Shown piece by piece: positions 44,272 to 58,081 of a stretch of 64,000 nucleotides of DNA. How positions within the stretch are numbered: the stretch's first letter is position 1; the number at the start of each line of letters is the position of its first letter. Source of the stretch: Auanema rhodensis. Taxonomy: Eukaryota > Animalia > Nematoda. The stretch is taken from contig OZ059898.1 in the NCBI GenBank assembly GCA_964057225.1, positions 13,268,001 to 13,332,000 on the forward strand. The letters are read 5' to 3'. The position numbers and the translations under genes were made by a program. The notes beneath the pieces are model-generated. The model did no database searches. It was not told where the DNA came from and worked only from the letters and a program-made list of their open reading frames with translations.

Positions 44272-47200
44272 TTAGGATGAAAGAAGTTCATGTAACTTAT
44301 CACGTTTATCTTCAGCAAGACCGGCGGCCTGTAAATTATAGTTTAACAGATATAACTTGAATTCAAATTTACCCCAACAATATTTTCTAACACTCCATTT
44401 TGTTGCATCATTCTCAAAATATTAACCAAACGTCCCTTGATTTCTGTGGATTCCTCGTTGAAAGCATTGAGTGTAAAGGCGGATACAACTGGAAGTATAT
44501 GATAATAAAAAGATTTCAGAAAATTTTCTTACTGATATCTAATATCTGGGGGAGATGAGAATTATCAGGTCCAAGACAAGCAGGATTGTTGCTCTCGACC
44601 AAATCGCACAAATATCCATAAATATGTGGGGATTCCTCCTCATCCTCATAAGTAGGTAACCAAGAGAAGAATGTTGGTATAACCTAGAAAAACCGAAACT
44701 CATGGAAGAAGAGATTACAATATTTACCTGATTCAAATCAATATTTCCCTGAGTATATTTTAAAATTTTAGCGACAGCAGCAATACCATTCTCGGTAGCA
44801 ACTGCATCTTCTTCAGTAGCACGAGCATCAGGTTTGTTAATCATAACAGCCAAAGGCTCTAGAGCTGCAGAAACAGCATCTTGGAAATCGGCACCTCCCT
44901 TCATAGCCATAACTCCGAAACCATAGGCAGCAGCTTGACGAACTTCAGCATATTCATCCCCAAGGCATTTCATAAGGATTGGTACGATTTGTTGTTGAGC
45001 ACCAACAATACTCTTGAAAAAAAAAGAAAATAAGGGTCTAAAATTTCTTTAAAACCTTAGGAGAGAATTCGATAATATCATCGAGCATACAGATACCCCA
45101 TTGGCGGTCAGTGTAATGTCTCTTAGAATCAATCTGAGCAGCAATTTGTGGTAAAAGTGGCTCCACATATGGGAAGAAGACTTCACCAATAGTCTAAACA
45201 TCTTAAGATGGAAAAACAATACAAATCCTTTAGTCTTACTTCAAAAGCTGAATGGATGATGTCGCTCAATCTAGCCATGACGGCAGCTTCTCCCTCCATT
45301 TCTTCATCAAGGATTTCCTTAGCCTCCTCTGGATCCTCATCCTCATCAGCTTCCTCAGCCTCGCGTTCAAGACGTCTGCTTTCATATGCCTTGAACTGAG
45401 ATTGCAGCATAGTTCCAATTTGTTGGATATCTTGAGCAGATAATCCCTTAAAACATCAAAATTATAGAAACAATTCAAGTTTTGTAAATTTACAGCAGCT
45501 CCCAAGATTCCAATACTTTCAGATATAGCATTAAGGAATTCGGAAAGAACATCAGCTTCCTCCTCTTCGCTCTTACTAATAGCTTCCACGAGTGCTGGCA
45601 AGAAGATATTCCAAAGAGTTCTCATAGCTTCGATTCCCTGTCCCTTAACACACTCCATGAGACATGGCATGGTTTCAGCAGCAGAAGCACGGACACCATC
45701 GTGGAACATGAACTTAAGATGATCAACCATCATTCCACTGATCTTCTCAACGTATGGAATAAAGGCTTCTACAATAAAAATAAATATTAAACAAAAACAC
45801 TTTTACAAAAGACTAACCTTTCATGTCACGAGCGTAACAAACAATCATCTCGCAAGCAGTAGCTTTCTCTTCGAGTCCAGAAGTACGGATTCCGAATGCT
45901 TTGTTGTCTCCAACAGAAGTATATTCCCATGCGCCATCATCATCTTGAACCTCGCTTTCTTAAAGAAAAAAATAAGATACATTAAACTTTTTCTTAAGCG
46001 AACCATCAACAATAGCAACTTGTGGGTTGTAGCTGGCAGCTCTGAGAAGTGGATCCATAACAAGAGGAAGGAATGGAGCAAAATCGGGTCCAAGGACCTA
46101 TGTTTATAATGCAACAAAATGAAAACTAAAAGTAGCTTACTCTGCAAATTCTAGTCCATCCACTGATCATGTAACTGCATTGAGGATCATCTGGAGAAAG
46201 TTCAGGCATAGAAGAACTCAAGAGCTGCATAATATTAACAGCATCAGCTCCGAACTTCTCCTTTCCAACAGCAAGACCCATAAGAGAAATGCATTCGATG
46301 GTTTTTCCTCTGAGAGTCTGAATAATGCAAATGAAGATTTTCTATTATTAGCTGGAAAAAATACCTTATAGTTTGGTTGGTCGGAATGTTGGAGAATGTA
46401 CTTCAATGGGGGCATAAGTCGATCATAGAATTGGATAAATACTTCCTTAGCGGCATCGGCAACAGAAGCAATTGTGGTGATAATCTAAAAAATGATTTAA
46501 AACATCAAAATTCTCATAATGTAACAAACCTGCTCCAAAACGACCTTAGTTCCCTTCTCTTGAAGAATTGAGAAGGTCGTCTCAAGGACAAATTCTAACT
46601 TTTCCATGATAACGGGAAGGTAAGGTGTGATAACCTGAAAATATAGTTTAACAAAGAAAGCTAATTTAATTACGTAACCTGTTGAGGACAGTCCTCGCTG
46701 AAATTAACCAAGGCAGCTCCAGCATGAGCACAGACACGGTAGCAAGAAGTATTGTTCAAAGTATTGAGGAGACCACTGATAACTTTCTCGTGGCACTTCT
46801 TTTGAAGAGTAGGGCAGAAATCGGAAGACATTTGTCCCAAAGCATTGCAAGCAGCATAACGGACACGAGGATGGGGATCTTCCAAATAAGGAACGACAAT
46901 ATGAACTACTTTCTCGATTAAAGGTTCCATTGTGCGCTTGCATCCTTCTCCAACAGCAGAAATACCCATAAGAGCAGCATGTCTTTTCCTCCAATCAGCT
47001 AAAACAAAAATAAAATGAAAGGATAAAAAATAAAGAAACTTACAGTCAACCAAGAGCTTCTCAGCAATATCAATGAATGGCTTAAGAATAGCCTTTCCAT
47101 TCAAAGAACAAGAAATACGGTCAAGAGAAGTTTCACCAACAGCAACATTACTACAAAGAAAAAATAGGTAACAAAATTACGGCAAAACTCTCACTCTTCT

Positions 47201-48550
47201 TCGATATCCTCATCCTCAACATCATCAACAGCAAGCCAGTCTTCGATAGCGTCATCGAGCTCAGTCATGAGAAGAAGAGCAGATTGTACTGTAAATATAC
47301 AAATATAAATACTGTAATAGAAAATGAAATCTTACACATTATTGGGATAAGATCGCTAGCTCTCTTTTTAATAGCATTGGGAGCTGATTCACAGAAAGAG
47401 GTGATAACCTCCATAGCGGAGTTGCGGTAGCTCTCTTCAGTTTCAGTGTTGGCAATAATCTTCAAAAATACAAATAAATTGAATCAAAAAAACTATATAT
47501 TACATTAGCGCAAAGTTGAATAACGCTGGCAACATGAGGAACAGCAATCTTGGGCACAGTGCTTACAAGATCAGCAAGAGCTTGAAGTGGTCCGTCATCT
47601 TCTTCCTCTATTTCAACTACATGCTTGCAAACCTTAAAAAAGAGAAATATATTAAAAGTTAGAAAGTTAAATCACGAACCTCGAGAATAGCTGGAACATC
47701 TACTGAAAATCCTTTGATGAGTTTATCTTCATCTTCGTTAAGACTAACGAAGGCAACAAAAGCCTTAGTGGCTGCAGATCTAACAGGAGCAGAAGGATGA
47801 ATAAGGCAAGAATGAATCATTTGCTAAAAAAAAAGATATGGTACAAACAGGAAAAAATGAGCAACCTTAATTTCATTCAAATATTTATCCTGTTCTACAC
47901 CAAAAAGATTAGGAACAGCTCTTAAAAACAGAAATTGATAAAACAAAAAAAAAAGAGAACCCACTCAATGAGAAGCATAGCCGCAAGTTTGAGTTCAGCA
48001 TCATCACTCTTAACACAGTGGTCAACGTATCTAACAATATCAGCCCATTTTTGAGCTCCGGTGTTTTCATCTGAGATTATATTATCATCAAGATCAAATA
48101 GCCTTAATTGTATTACCAATCATTTCACGAGCAACCTCAGCAATAACATCTCCTAATTTCTTACGAAGAAACAAATTACTTTCCTTCATGCTAGCTTCTA
48201 AGACCTTAAACCAAAAACAATATTTTCATTTCTTCGTTTTAGATACCTCGTTGGCAAACTTTAACATTTTATCGTCGCCTACAGCCTGGCCGATTTCTTG
48301 GAAACTATTGGATAAAAGACGACGCAAAAGAACAAGACACATAGATCGAACCTAATAGCAAAAGTATAATTCAAAGCAATTTTTAACCACAAACCTCTAA
48401 GTTAGCTTCGGATTGCTTGTATAATTCAAAAAGAAAATGTGCCTTTACATCATTAGAAAGTTCATCATATACTTTTTCGGCTTGTGTTCTCTTTTGGTTA
48501 TCTTCTGATGAGATTTCAGCAATGATGGTATGAAAATGAACGAGATCCAT
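44272..48550 (-). CDS. imb-3: Importin-5 / karyopherin beta-3 (HEAT repeats), multi-exon
   Basis: [95 protein letters not shown] and [12 protein letters not shown]. Confidence 0.96.
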
Positions 48551-50801
48551 GACTGATCTATAAAAAATTATCACTCATTTTGAAAAAGAAAGAAATATTT
48601 TTTTAGTAAATATATAGTTAAGAGTTGATGTAATGTAGATATAAATTAAGCATATATTCCATATACAAACTTAATAATAACAATATGAAAAATTATGCGA
48701 TGTTGAGAAGCATGAATGGTCTTCAAAAATGCGGCAAAAGAAGAAATATACTGCAAATCGACATGTTGAAAGAGCTGATGCGCAGTAAGAATGCGTCTGA
48801 TATTTTCAATCTAACGGTAGAACATGAATGAGCCAAAAACCAAAAGTTCAATAGAAGTGCGTAAAATTGAAAACGAGTTTTTAAACGGCTTGTGGTTATA
48901 GTAAGTTGGACCTACAAGCTTTGCAGTTCATGAACTGGACGCGAGAATTATTAACCATGTGAGAAAAAAATGGTATATCTGAATGACAGCTAATTGAATA
49001 ATCTCAATTTCAGAAGTAAACTCATGAGATAAGATGTACTTTTGAAATTGCACTTTACATAACGCAAAACTTCGCTCTTTGAACCTTTTTTAAGTGATAT
49101 CGAACTCAATGATCGGGAATACTTTTCAAAAATCAAAATCAATGTTCTAGAATAATTGTTACAATTATACAAACGTGTAATGCGAATGAAATGATATTAT
49201 GAATACCAAATTGTTACAGTATTCGAAAAAATTTAGTTTTTTCGTTGCCTTCACATTACGTTTGCCTAATGATAATCCTTCTAGATAAGATCATTACTAA
49301 TTGGATCCATTTTCATATAAACGATTAATAAAATCATTATATCATGTACATAGCTGTCATTCATATTTTTATCTTTTCAGCAGGATTTTTTTCTGTAATG
49401 ATAATGCATAAACCAAGACTCATACTGATAACCCCCTTATTACCATGACCAGAAATATAAGTGAGCATTGCCCACAGCCATTATTTCCTATCGTTTAACT
49501 TGAAAAGGCATCACTGATATATTTTTTTCACTTATCATTGCAAAAACGAAAATTCGAAAAATATTACTTACTCCTGATATTTTTAAAGACTATGAGATGA
49601 ATTGATCTATTTTTCTCTCCTGGATTTAAACATTTAATAATCGATAATTCGGGGAAAATCTACCGTCTGAATTGATCACGATCACAGTAAACCATGAACA
49701 ACCCGTTGCATTTGAAAAAAATTCAAAATGATAAATTTTGAAAATTCAAAATGATATTACAATTTATTCTTATCCATGCCACGTACAAATATGAAATAAA
49801 TATTAAAGTTTTTCCTGAGATTGATAATTTAAATGTATAAAAATTGAAATGGAAATAAATTTCCATAAAGTAAAGATGAATATACAATAAAACAGCTTGA
49901 TAATAGTGTAAGCTCAGATTTAAAAGTTGTTAAAAAATAAGACAATTATCAGTAAACAAAGTGAATTTGAACTAAAATTTTAATTTTTTTCACAAAAAAT
50001 AGTACAAATACTAATACTTTACGATATGAGAAATAAGGTTTTGAATAATTTGTTTGATGTTACTATGAATTTGTTCACTTTTTTCTAAAAGCTTGTGTCC
50101 ATGGATCAGAATATCAGTTATAATTATGAACTCATCGTCAGATAAAACTTTGTAACTTCTAAACGAATAATTTGAAGTAAGAACAACAATAGAAACAATC
50201 GTCATCACCGCTTCACAAGTTCAAAATAGTAATATGAAACACGTTTGTCATGAACATTCATGATCATACTCATAAAATTATTTTTCAAATTCCATTCTGA
50301 TTAATATTAGCTTGTAGGTTCCATGTTATTTCCTCTTTATTAAAATAAGGAAGAGGAACGGAAAATATAGGAGTTTAACAACAAAAACCTGAAAATAATA
50401 AAAATGAAAAAACAAAATTATTATAATCTGTCTAAAATTTTTTTAGAAACAAATTTATGCACATTCCAATTTTATACAAATATTATTTTTTTAAATTCTA
50501 AAATCACTTATTTCAAAACTTTCATTTTCAAGACAACTGCAGAATCATCGGGTATATCTGAAAATGTTTTCAGGTATAATTTGTTTCTTAACTGAAAATT
50601 CCAAAAATTATTCTCATCCTTTTTTACGTAGTCCAAATTCGCAATAAAAAAAAACATTGGAAAGGCTACATGTTACACAAATATTATGATATGCACGTTT
50701 GTTAAACATTGCGCGTGTTCTCATTTGCAGAGCTTGATACCGAAGAAAAAATATTAAAGGGGTTATTAATTTGGATATGCATACAGCTGTCAATGTGTTA
50801 A

Positions 50802-50901
50802 CAAAGCTGCATACAACCGCCTGCATGTCTTTACAAGTTGAAAATGATAATATCAACTACGTATATCACGTACATTCATAATCATATTCATAAAATATCT
50901 T
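50802..50901 (+). repeat. 100-bp direct repeat, copy 1
   Basis: caaagctgcatacaaccgcc...cataaaatatctt matches 52796-52895 with 2 mismatches. Confidence 0.92.
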
Positions 50902-51271
50902 GCCCGTGTACTGAAGATTACAAGAATCATATAGTAGATAACAGTTAAAACCATTACTACTATTTTAAACTTGATATACTGTGTTTTTCATTCAAAAACA
51001 AATTGTTCCTGTAATTTATTACTCTTGTTCTTTCAAAAACTAATAATAATTTTTTTGGCAAATGTCACCTGCCATGAGGAATGTTCGAAAGAATTTTTCA
51101 TTAGAATAATTTATTATGGACTCTATAATATTTAAATATACAACTAATATTATATAATCAATCTTGGAACCCAACAATTTGATATATCAGTCCTGTGCGA
51201 TGAAAATCGGATACTCACCTCTTAGACGTCTCAAAGAACCCTTCAAACTACAACAAAAAACCAGATTTATT

Positions 51272-52479
51272 TCATCTATTTTGGTTTGATTGCTCAGAGT
51301 TAGCACTGGGCTCGGAGGATGTGATTCTTCCGAAATATTTCTGGTATTGTCTCACTCCCAAAGATATTAAAATTATATTTCTATACGATGGTACTGTATA
51401 CAGGGTTAGCAGAACTCCACAAACAAAATGTACGGAAACCATGGCTATCACTAAAGCTTGAACTTCTAAAAAAAACAAAAATAATATTTATAATTAATTA
51501 TATAATTACCATTTATAAAAATTCCAAGATATGGAAGCATAGTAGAAAGAACGGTAAAATTAGTTATTCCAGCTATAACAAAGCCCTTAATATTGACAAG
51601 AAATCAGAAAAAAAATTAAAAATCAATAAAACCTGCATAAAATTAATTTTCATAAACATTTTGTGTGTATTCTGAGTTTGTTGAGACATACTTTGCTTGA
51701 GTTCGTTAAATCGAACCAATATAAGTCCTGTTAATATACAAATTTCAGTGAAAAACACTAAGATATTGGGTGATGTAACGTAAAGATACACCTGGAAACT
51801 AGTTCCTGACTTTGAGAATGATACAACTGTAGTTTCTTCCTGCATGATATCCATAGGATCACCCTTATATATCTGAGAATAAGTACGATGTGAGAGAACA
51901 CATCTGAAGCTGAAGCCAAACCTTTAGACAATCTCTCTTAACTTCCTCAATATTTTCAAGATGAGTTGTCAAGTTTACAGTTATTGGAATAAGAACATAT
52001 TGTACTATTACCCAACCATAAACAATATAATTCTGTCTAGGACGTGTATGTACTTGAAAAGCTCGAAATCGAAGATAAAACATGAGGACGGTTACTGCCC
52101 CAAGACCTTAACATGGCCAAGTTTGTATTTATTTTGTAATTTACTTACAATACATTTCAAGAGAAAAAGTTAGTACTTGTCGAAAAAATGAAATTCCTGA
52201 ATATCTCATGAATCCTGTCATGTATCCTCCGTAACAAGGAGCTACGAATACAGGTAATCCTCCACAAGATACACCAAATGAAGCAAATAATCCACTTTAA
52301 AACATAATATTTAATATAAAATATATAATTAAAACTTACAGAGTACATTGTATACATAAATAAGTTTTAAATTCGTTATCTATGTTTTTTGGTGAATGAA
52401 ATATAATAGCATAACATGCCATACATAAGAAACCCAAAGCAATAAATCCCCAAATATAAGAACTGATCATGTAAAACAT
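51272..52479 (-). CDS. Nematode serpentine chemoreceptor, Str superfamily (Srh/Sri-like)
   Basis: TM1 followed by FHSPKNIDNEFKTYL, a PVFVAPCYGG segment, SMSQQTQNTHKMF before TM6, and HFVCGVLLTLYTVPSYRN at TM7. Confidence 0.8.
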
Positions 52480-52795
52480 CGTTGAAGATCGTTGAAATTA
52501 GAACTTTTAGATTATAGATGAGCTACACTCTATGCGAATTCAAAGTGAAGTATGCCAAGATAACAAACTAAATATATCTTGGGAAACAGGTGATTGTTTT
52601 CATATGACGAAAGGTGTTACTACTAACAGAAAAATTAATTCTGTTCTGAATGATATTTGGTTGAACCGCATAGATTAACATCTTTCTAAAAAAATTAAAT
52701 ATAAAGATTTCAATATGTGTTAACACCAAATAATAAACAAAAAAATTGTAGTAGTACTAGAGTTCAAAACTTCAGAACAGGTCGTTTGCAATTAC

Positions 52796-52895
52796 CAAAG
52801 CTGCATACAACCGCCTGCATGTCTTTACAAGTTGAAAATGATAATATCAACCACGTTTATCACGTACATTCATAATCATATTCATAAAATATCTT
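52796..52895 (+). repeat. 100-bp direct repeat, copy 2
   Basis: 98/100 identical to 50802-50901. Confidence 0.92.
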
Positions 52896-53131
52896 AACCG
52901 GGAAAATTCAATATAATGAATTATCAAAATAAAAATAATTGTTTATTATTGATTGATATGATTATTTTTATGATTTTATGAATATTACAATGCATTAAAG
53001 TTATTCGTAAACAGTTCAAATTATTTATTAACAGCAGTATTACATATAATATTGAACAAGTTGTTCAGCTGATTCATTTGGAGAATGAACTAAAGTATTT
53101 AATTTAATATTTTTCTGAATAACTAAGTTAC

Positions 53132-53831
53132 CTTTATTACAAACTTTGCAAGTCTTTGGGCACATTGATTCAACGAGAGATACAATCGATTCTCGAAGTT
53201 TTGGACATTCACGACAGCCTAGAGATCACAGAAGAAATGGATATCATTCTTATATTTTATATCTTACTTTTACATATAGCCTTTTTCTGGCATGTTGATT
53301 TATCTCCTTGATTGAAAAGGGGATCCACAAATTGACGGATAAGTGGCAGAGATTCACGAATGAGAGGAAGAGACTCACGAATAATTGGTAAGGATTCCTT
53401 GAGGAATGGTAAAGAGCTCTATATAAACACATGTTTATTTGAGAATATTTTCAGAACTTCTAGACCTGAAGAACATCTCCTGATTCCTTTGATTCGCCTG
53501 TTGTTCCAACTAATGGTAATCCACTTTCAACTTTTGGCAGCTGTTTTTCCAATGATGGTATAGCAGATCTGTAAAAGAAGGGTAAGAGTAGTAATGTATA
53601 CGTGTGTGTGTGTGTGGTGTGTATGATTGTGTGTAACTGTAAGACTAATTCTTACTTGTTTTCAATTTGATTAGCAACAGCTGCGAGTTGCTCGATATGA
53701 TATTGGATGATGGAACCAGCACAAATCGGTGATAAGCTATCACAGAAGTTAACCAAGTCCTGACATTCCTGTACCGTATATGGAACAAATAAAATAGAAA
53801 TTCCGATCAAAATAAGTGGACGAGCTGACAT
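53132..53831 (-). CDS. Secreted protein with an ShK-like cysteine frame split by a long insert (3' end uncertain)
   Basis: Signal peptide MSARPLILIGISILFVPYTVQ, then ECQDLVNFCDSLSPIC, (ESLPxIR)n repeats and MCPKTCKVC. Four exons join in frame; the final exon and stop are not resolved. Confidence 0.75.
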
Positions 53832-54549
53832 TATAAAGGCAGGTCTTTCTTGAACTTAACTAGTTTAAATTCAAAAAAAGGCTGCTTGATAGTGTTAATG
53901 CTGGAATAGGAATTAATGAAATAATTCGTCTGATGTGAAACAGATATTTCACAAAATTCGCTTCGAATTACACAGCCGCCTGTTAAGCTGAGTGTTTGAA
54001 CAGACCTCCATCTTTTATCTTTGTTAAATGTATTAATATTTAGGGAAAAAAACCTTTAACCAATTTGGGAATGTAGCACTTGCTTCCCACTTAACCATGT
54101 TTAACCGACTTATCCAATTTCAACCAAAACTGATTTTAATTTGTTGTTGGTGCGAAAGGCTCTGTTTAACATAGTAGTAGCAGTAGCAGTGGTAGTAGCT
54201 GTAGTAGTAGTAGTTGCTTCATTTATCAAACTTGAAACTTGCTGAATATTTCATAAAATGCATTTATATATACGAAAAAATTTTTATTAAGGGAATTTTG
54301 AATAGTAGAGCAATATCACAATCCGGGAAACTCGTGTTTCGTGTATGGAAAAAGGTATAATTTCCAAAATTGTTTTGATGCAAGATGAAGAAATCAAGCA
54401 AAAAATGATAGAAAACAAATAAAATATCTAAAAGAATACTATGAGATCAGATTGATACTGTTTTTTGAGATTTTTTAAATGAAAAAGCTGAATATGAATG
54501 AGATCAGACACTCTTTTTCGGATTATATGGATTGTATTCCTACAACAGC

Positions 54550-57500
54550 TCAGGGTTCTTCCAATGAATACCATCTTGCTTGTGATTTTTCTTCACGTAT
54601 GATCGCCCTCCACAAGTCTTTACATCTGAAATTGTTTAGTTAAATGTTTATAATATTTAAGATATTTGTTCTTAAATAATTGAAAAATAATAGTTCAGAT
54701 TACTATGCTAAACTCTCAACTAATTTTACTTAAAAAGTTTTATTTTTAAAAATAATTAAAATTATTGCTTGCCTGTGTAACGGCAATGTCATTCGACCGA
54801 CAGCTTCTGTCGTCATTCCAAACGTACCTGTCTCATGCATAGCCTATAAAGTTCGATATAAATAAAGATAAATTAAACTTTTCAAAATAAACTCTTGTTA
54901 TTTCCAAGTTTCAAAATATTAGTTTGAGAGTGAAAGAATGGCTCTTCTATGATTTTTTATTTTGAAACAGTTGTACCCAACAAGTTCAATATCAGTTGAA
55001 ACCAACCTCTACTTCTAAAACAATATCGCAGAGTGAATGTTTAGGAACATTGAATGTGAGTGACTCATTGAATTGAAGATTTCGAACATTTCGTTTGGAA
55101 GCTGTTTTCTTCCTTTTTAACTTTTTCTCATTCGTTCCCAACAAGGTGACACGCATTGCAACTGCTGAAATTTGATTTAATTAAGTAAATTAGATTTATT
55201 ATTAATAATTTTTAACATTTGAAACATGTAATCATTAAGTTCGTTCAGTTTTTTGAAATGGCTGAATAAACGGACATGAAGGGCTACTTAAGAGATAGAA
55301 AACAGAATTTAATGAAGCTTTTGACCATGTGATCGTTCAAAATAGCTTTAAACAAGTCGTCAACAAATAAAATATTCCCAATTAAGGACAAATTTTGATG
55401 GTTATATTTGATATTTAATCTTTTTCTTTTTGTAATTAAAATATTGCTCACCTCCATTTGTTTCTGGTCGACATGGCAGATTTCGAGCTTTGAAGACGTT
55501 CATGGTTAATCGTTGAGCATGCGATAAATAAGACAAAGAGAAGAGAATTTCACCGAAACCTTTCTAAAATCACAAGAGAAAGCCTTTCCTTTTCTATGTA
55601 ATAATCACATACGCCTCCGTTTTCATCATATGGTAATACTTCAGCCCAAAAAACTGTTGGATTATCTTTTCTCAACGACACGCTCAGTCGTCCCAATGTG
55701 AGCCAGCAATAGCCAACGCATTCATCAACACTTAAATTTAGATTTGAGCACTTTTCAGAACCAAGGAGAGAGGTGAAATTTCATCTTTTAGCTTGAGAAT
55801 TAGAGAAAAAAAATGGAAAGAGAGAGAGAGAAGTCAGTTTTTGAGTCAATTTTGAAATTTTTAACGAAACCTGAACTGGTCATAGTCGTAGACCATAATT
55901 TCCAATCTACATGAAGCAATTTGAGCTGCCGGAACCTAATAGAGAATAACGAATACATAAAATATATTTTTTCGAACCTGGAAGCAATATTCTTCGTCAA
56001 TGGTAGGACAGGCAGTTTCCTTATACGTTTTCGTTTGATATTCCATTTTCTGTCCTTCTGGAACGTCAAGAGCGACACGGAAATACGGATTCGGACTATC
56101 ATCCTGTTAAAAGAATGAGAATTGAAGATTTTTATTAAACATGCTAGCTTTCTTACTTGTCGCTTTGATGGTAAATCTATTGCTTGCTTCAACAGCACTG
56201 TCAAAATTCCCAAATTGGCATCCAAGCTCAAGCTGAGTTGCATTGAGCCCGCTGCTCCCATCTCTTCGGTACATACTGATTCATCTTGAGCCTACAAATG
56301 AGTAGATGTTTCATATATATCCCATTTAATTATAAAAGAGAACTAACTTGACACTGATACAATCCACGATCAAATTCTTTATGATTAATGTTTGTGAACA
56401 TACTGCGACTGTTCTTATTCATACGAGGAATCGTGAAGAAATCTCCCGATGGCGGAGCAGCTGTTAAGCCGGCTGATACCTGTAGTATTTTCATGTACTT
56501 TTCACATTACTTAGAAGTATTAATTGAGAATTTTAGGTTTAAAATCAGTTGTGAACTGATGACTCTTTTCAACTTTTTAAATTAAGTTTCAATAACTACC
56601 GGCATAATTCGACTCTGTTTACGAACTACTTTGGCATGAAAATGGCGCCTGCAAACAATCTCCATAATAATTCAATTTTAAAAATATTTCAACATACCCA
56701 TCTACACTTCTGGCATCTTCTTCCGTGTCAGTTCGATTAAAAGCTTTACAGCGTACATGTTGTGGAGCTTGTCCAATATCAAGAATGTTCTGATCGTACC
56801 TAAAATACGTTTGAATTTGAATAATTTAAATTTCTAAATTGGCAAGGAAAAGCTTGATTAGTACTTGAATAGCCATTCAGAATTTGAAACATTTAATGCA
56901 ATTTCCAAAAAAATTCATAGCCCATTTCAAAGTTCAGAATATATTCAATTAGTACTAACTCATTTAATTCACAGTTTATAAATTTAAATTCTTTGTGAAA
57001 AATTGGTGAAATCTCATTCAATTAGCAGCTTTTCCCAACATTTTTAGTTACTTCTTTTGCTCTAACTTGTTCTTCTTACTTTATTGTTTTTCAATTTCAG
57101 TTCTAATATCTCTCAATTAATCGTTAAACTTTCTTTGATCAAAAGAAAAAAAAAAGGAGATGGAAAAAAAAGGAGAACCGGACTAATATAATAGGCATTT
57201 TCATCGCTCATCAGAACAAAAACATCTATTTTAAAAAGTCCCTTCATTCTCTTTATTCAAAAATATGTACATAGATATATGTATATAGATGTCTATATAT
57301 ATTATATATTATATATAATGTATTATATATATAATATATATATAATTTATATTGAAAAATATATAATTTATACTAACCAATTAAGCTTAACTTGTCGTGT
57401 CTTTACCAAATATATTGTTACAGCTACGAGTACAACAAGGACTGTTCCAGCCATTATAATCATAACAATCTCAGGATTATCATCTATTTCTATTGGTATT

Positions 57501-57596
57501 GAAGGAATATACATCTTTATGACTGAAAAATAATTGAATAAGATGAAAATAATACAGAGAAACTAAAGAGAAATAGACATACATACGAGCATTCAT
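54550..57596 (-). CDS. Synaptotagmin-family protein (N-terminal TM plus tandem C2A/C2B), atypical Ca2+ ligands
   Basis: TM IVMIIMAGTVLVVLVAVTIYLV; C2A GSMQLSLSLD...NPYFRV...MVYDYDQFSVDECVG; C2B GEILFSLSYL...RLTMNV...KKLKRKKT...FNESLTF...ARWYSL*. Confidence 0.9.
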
Positions 57597-58045
57597 TTCA
57601 ATAAATTCATAGAAAATAAAAAATTAAAGATAGACGTTGTAGTTATATAACCTGGCTAAATGGCTACTATACTACATATGAGTACATGAGCAACAATTTT
57701 AAATAAGTTAAGAAGAAGGACAAAAGAATGAAATAGCAGAGGAAGATGAAGACAAAAATTAGGGGAGGAGTTGTTAGTTGAAGCTTCTTAGAAATAGTAA
57801 TAGAAAAAGAAGAAGAAGAAGAAGAAGAAGAAGTAGTAGTAGTAGTATATCTGATTCTAAGCTTTTATATACTATATGTATATAGTATATAGTAAATATA
57901 TGCATTTGTGTATTGTTTTATTTTGCTGTTTCACCCAAATAAGTACATCTTTCTGTTTGTAAATAAATGAAATGAAAATTTGTCATAACATGCCTACAAG
58001 CTGCATAGTTAGAGAAAGATGAATTGTTTTATGAGAGAGAGAGAA

Positions 58046-58081
<36 letters not shown>

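Noticed and set aside
48924-48937. 14-bp perfect palindrome CAGTTCATGAACTG upstream of imb-3
   Set aside because: A few palindromes of this length are expected by chance in 64 kb, and there is no other support.
49350-50250. Hydrophobic minus-strand fragments that might be a decayed second chemoreceptor
   Set aside because: No diagnostic motifs could be aligned by eye; this needs tBLASTn with the neighbouring receptor.
54110-54240. Poly-Thr reading frame from a (GTA/GCA)n tract
   Set aside because: Trinucleotide low-complexity sequence downstream of the synaptotagmin stop, with no start or exon chain.
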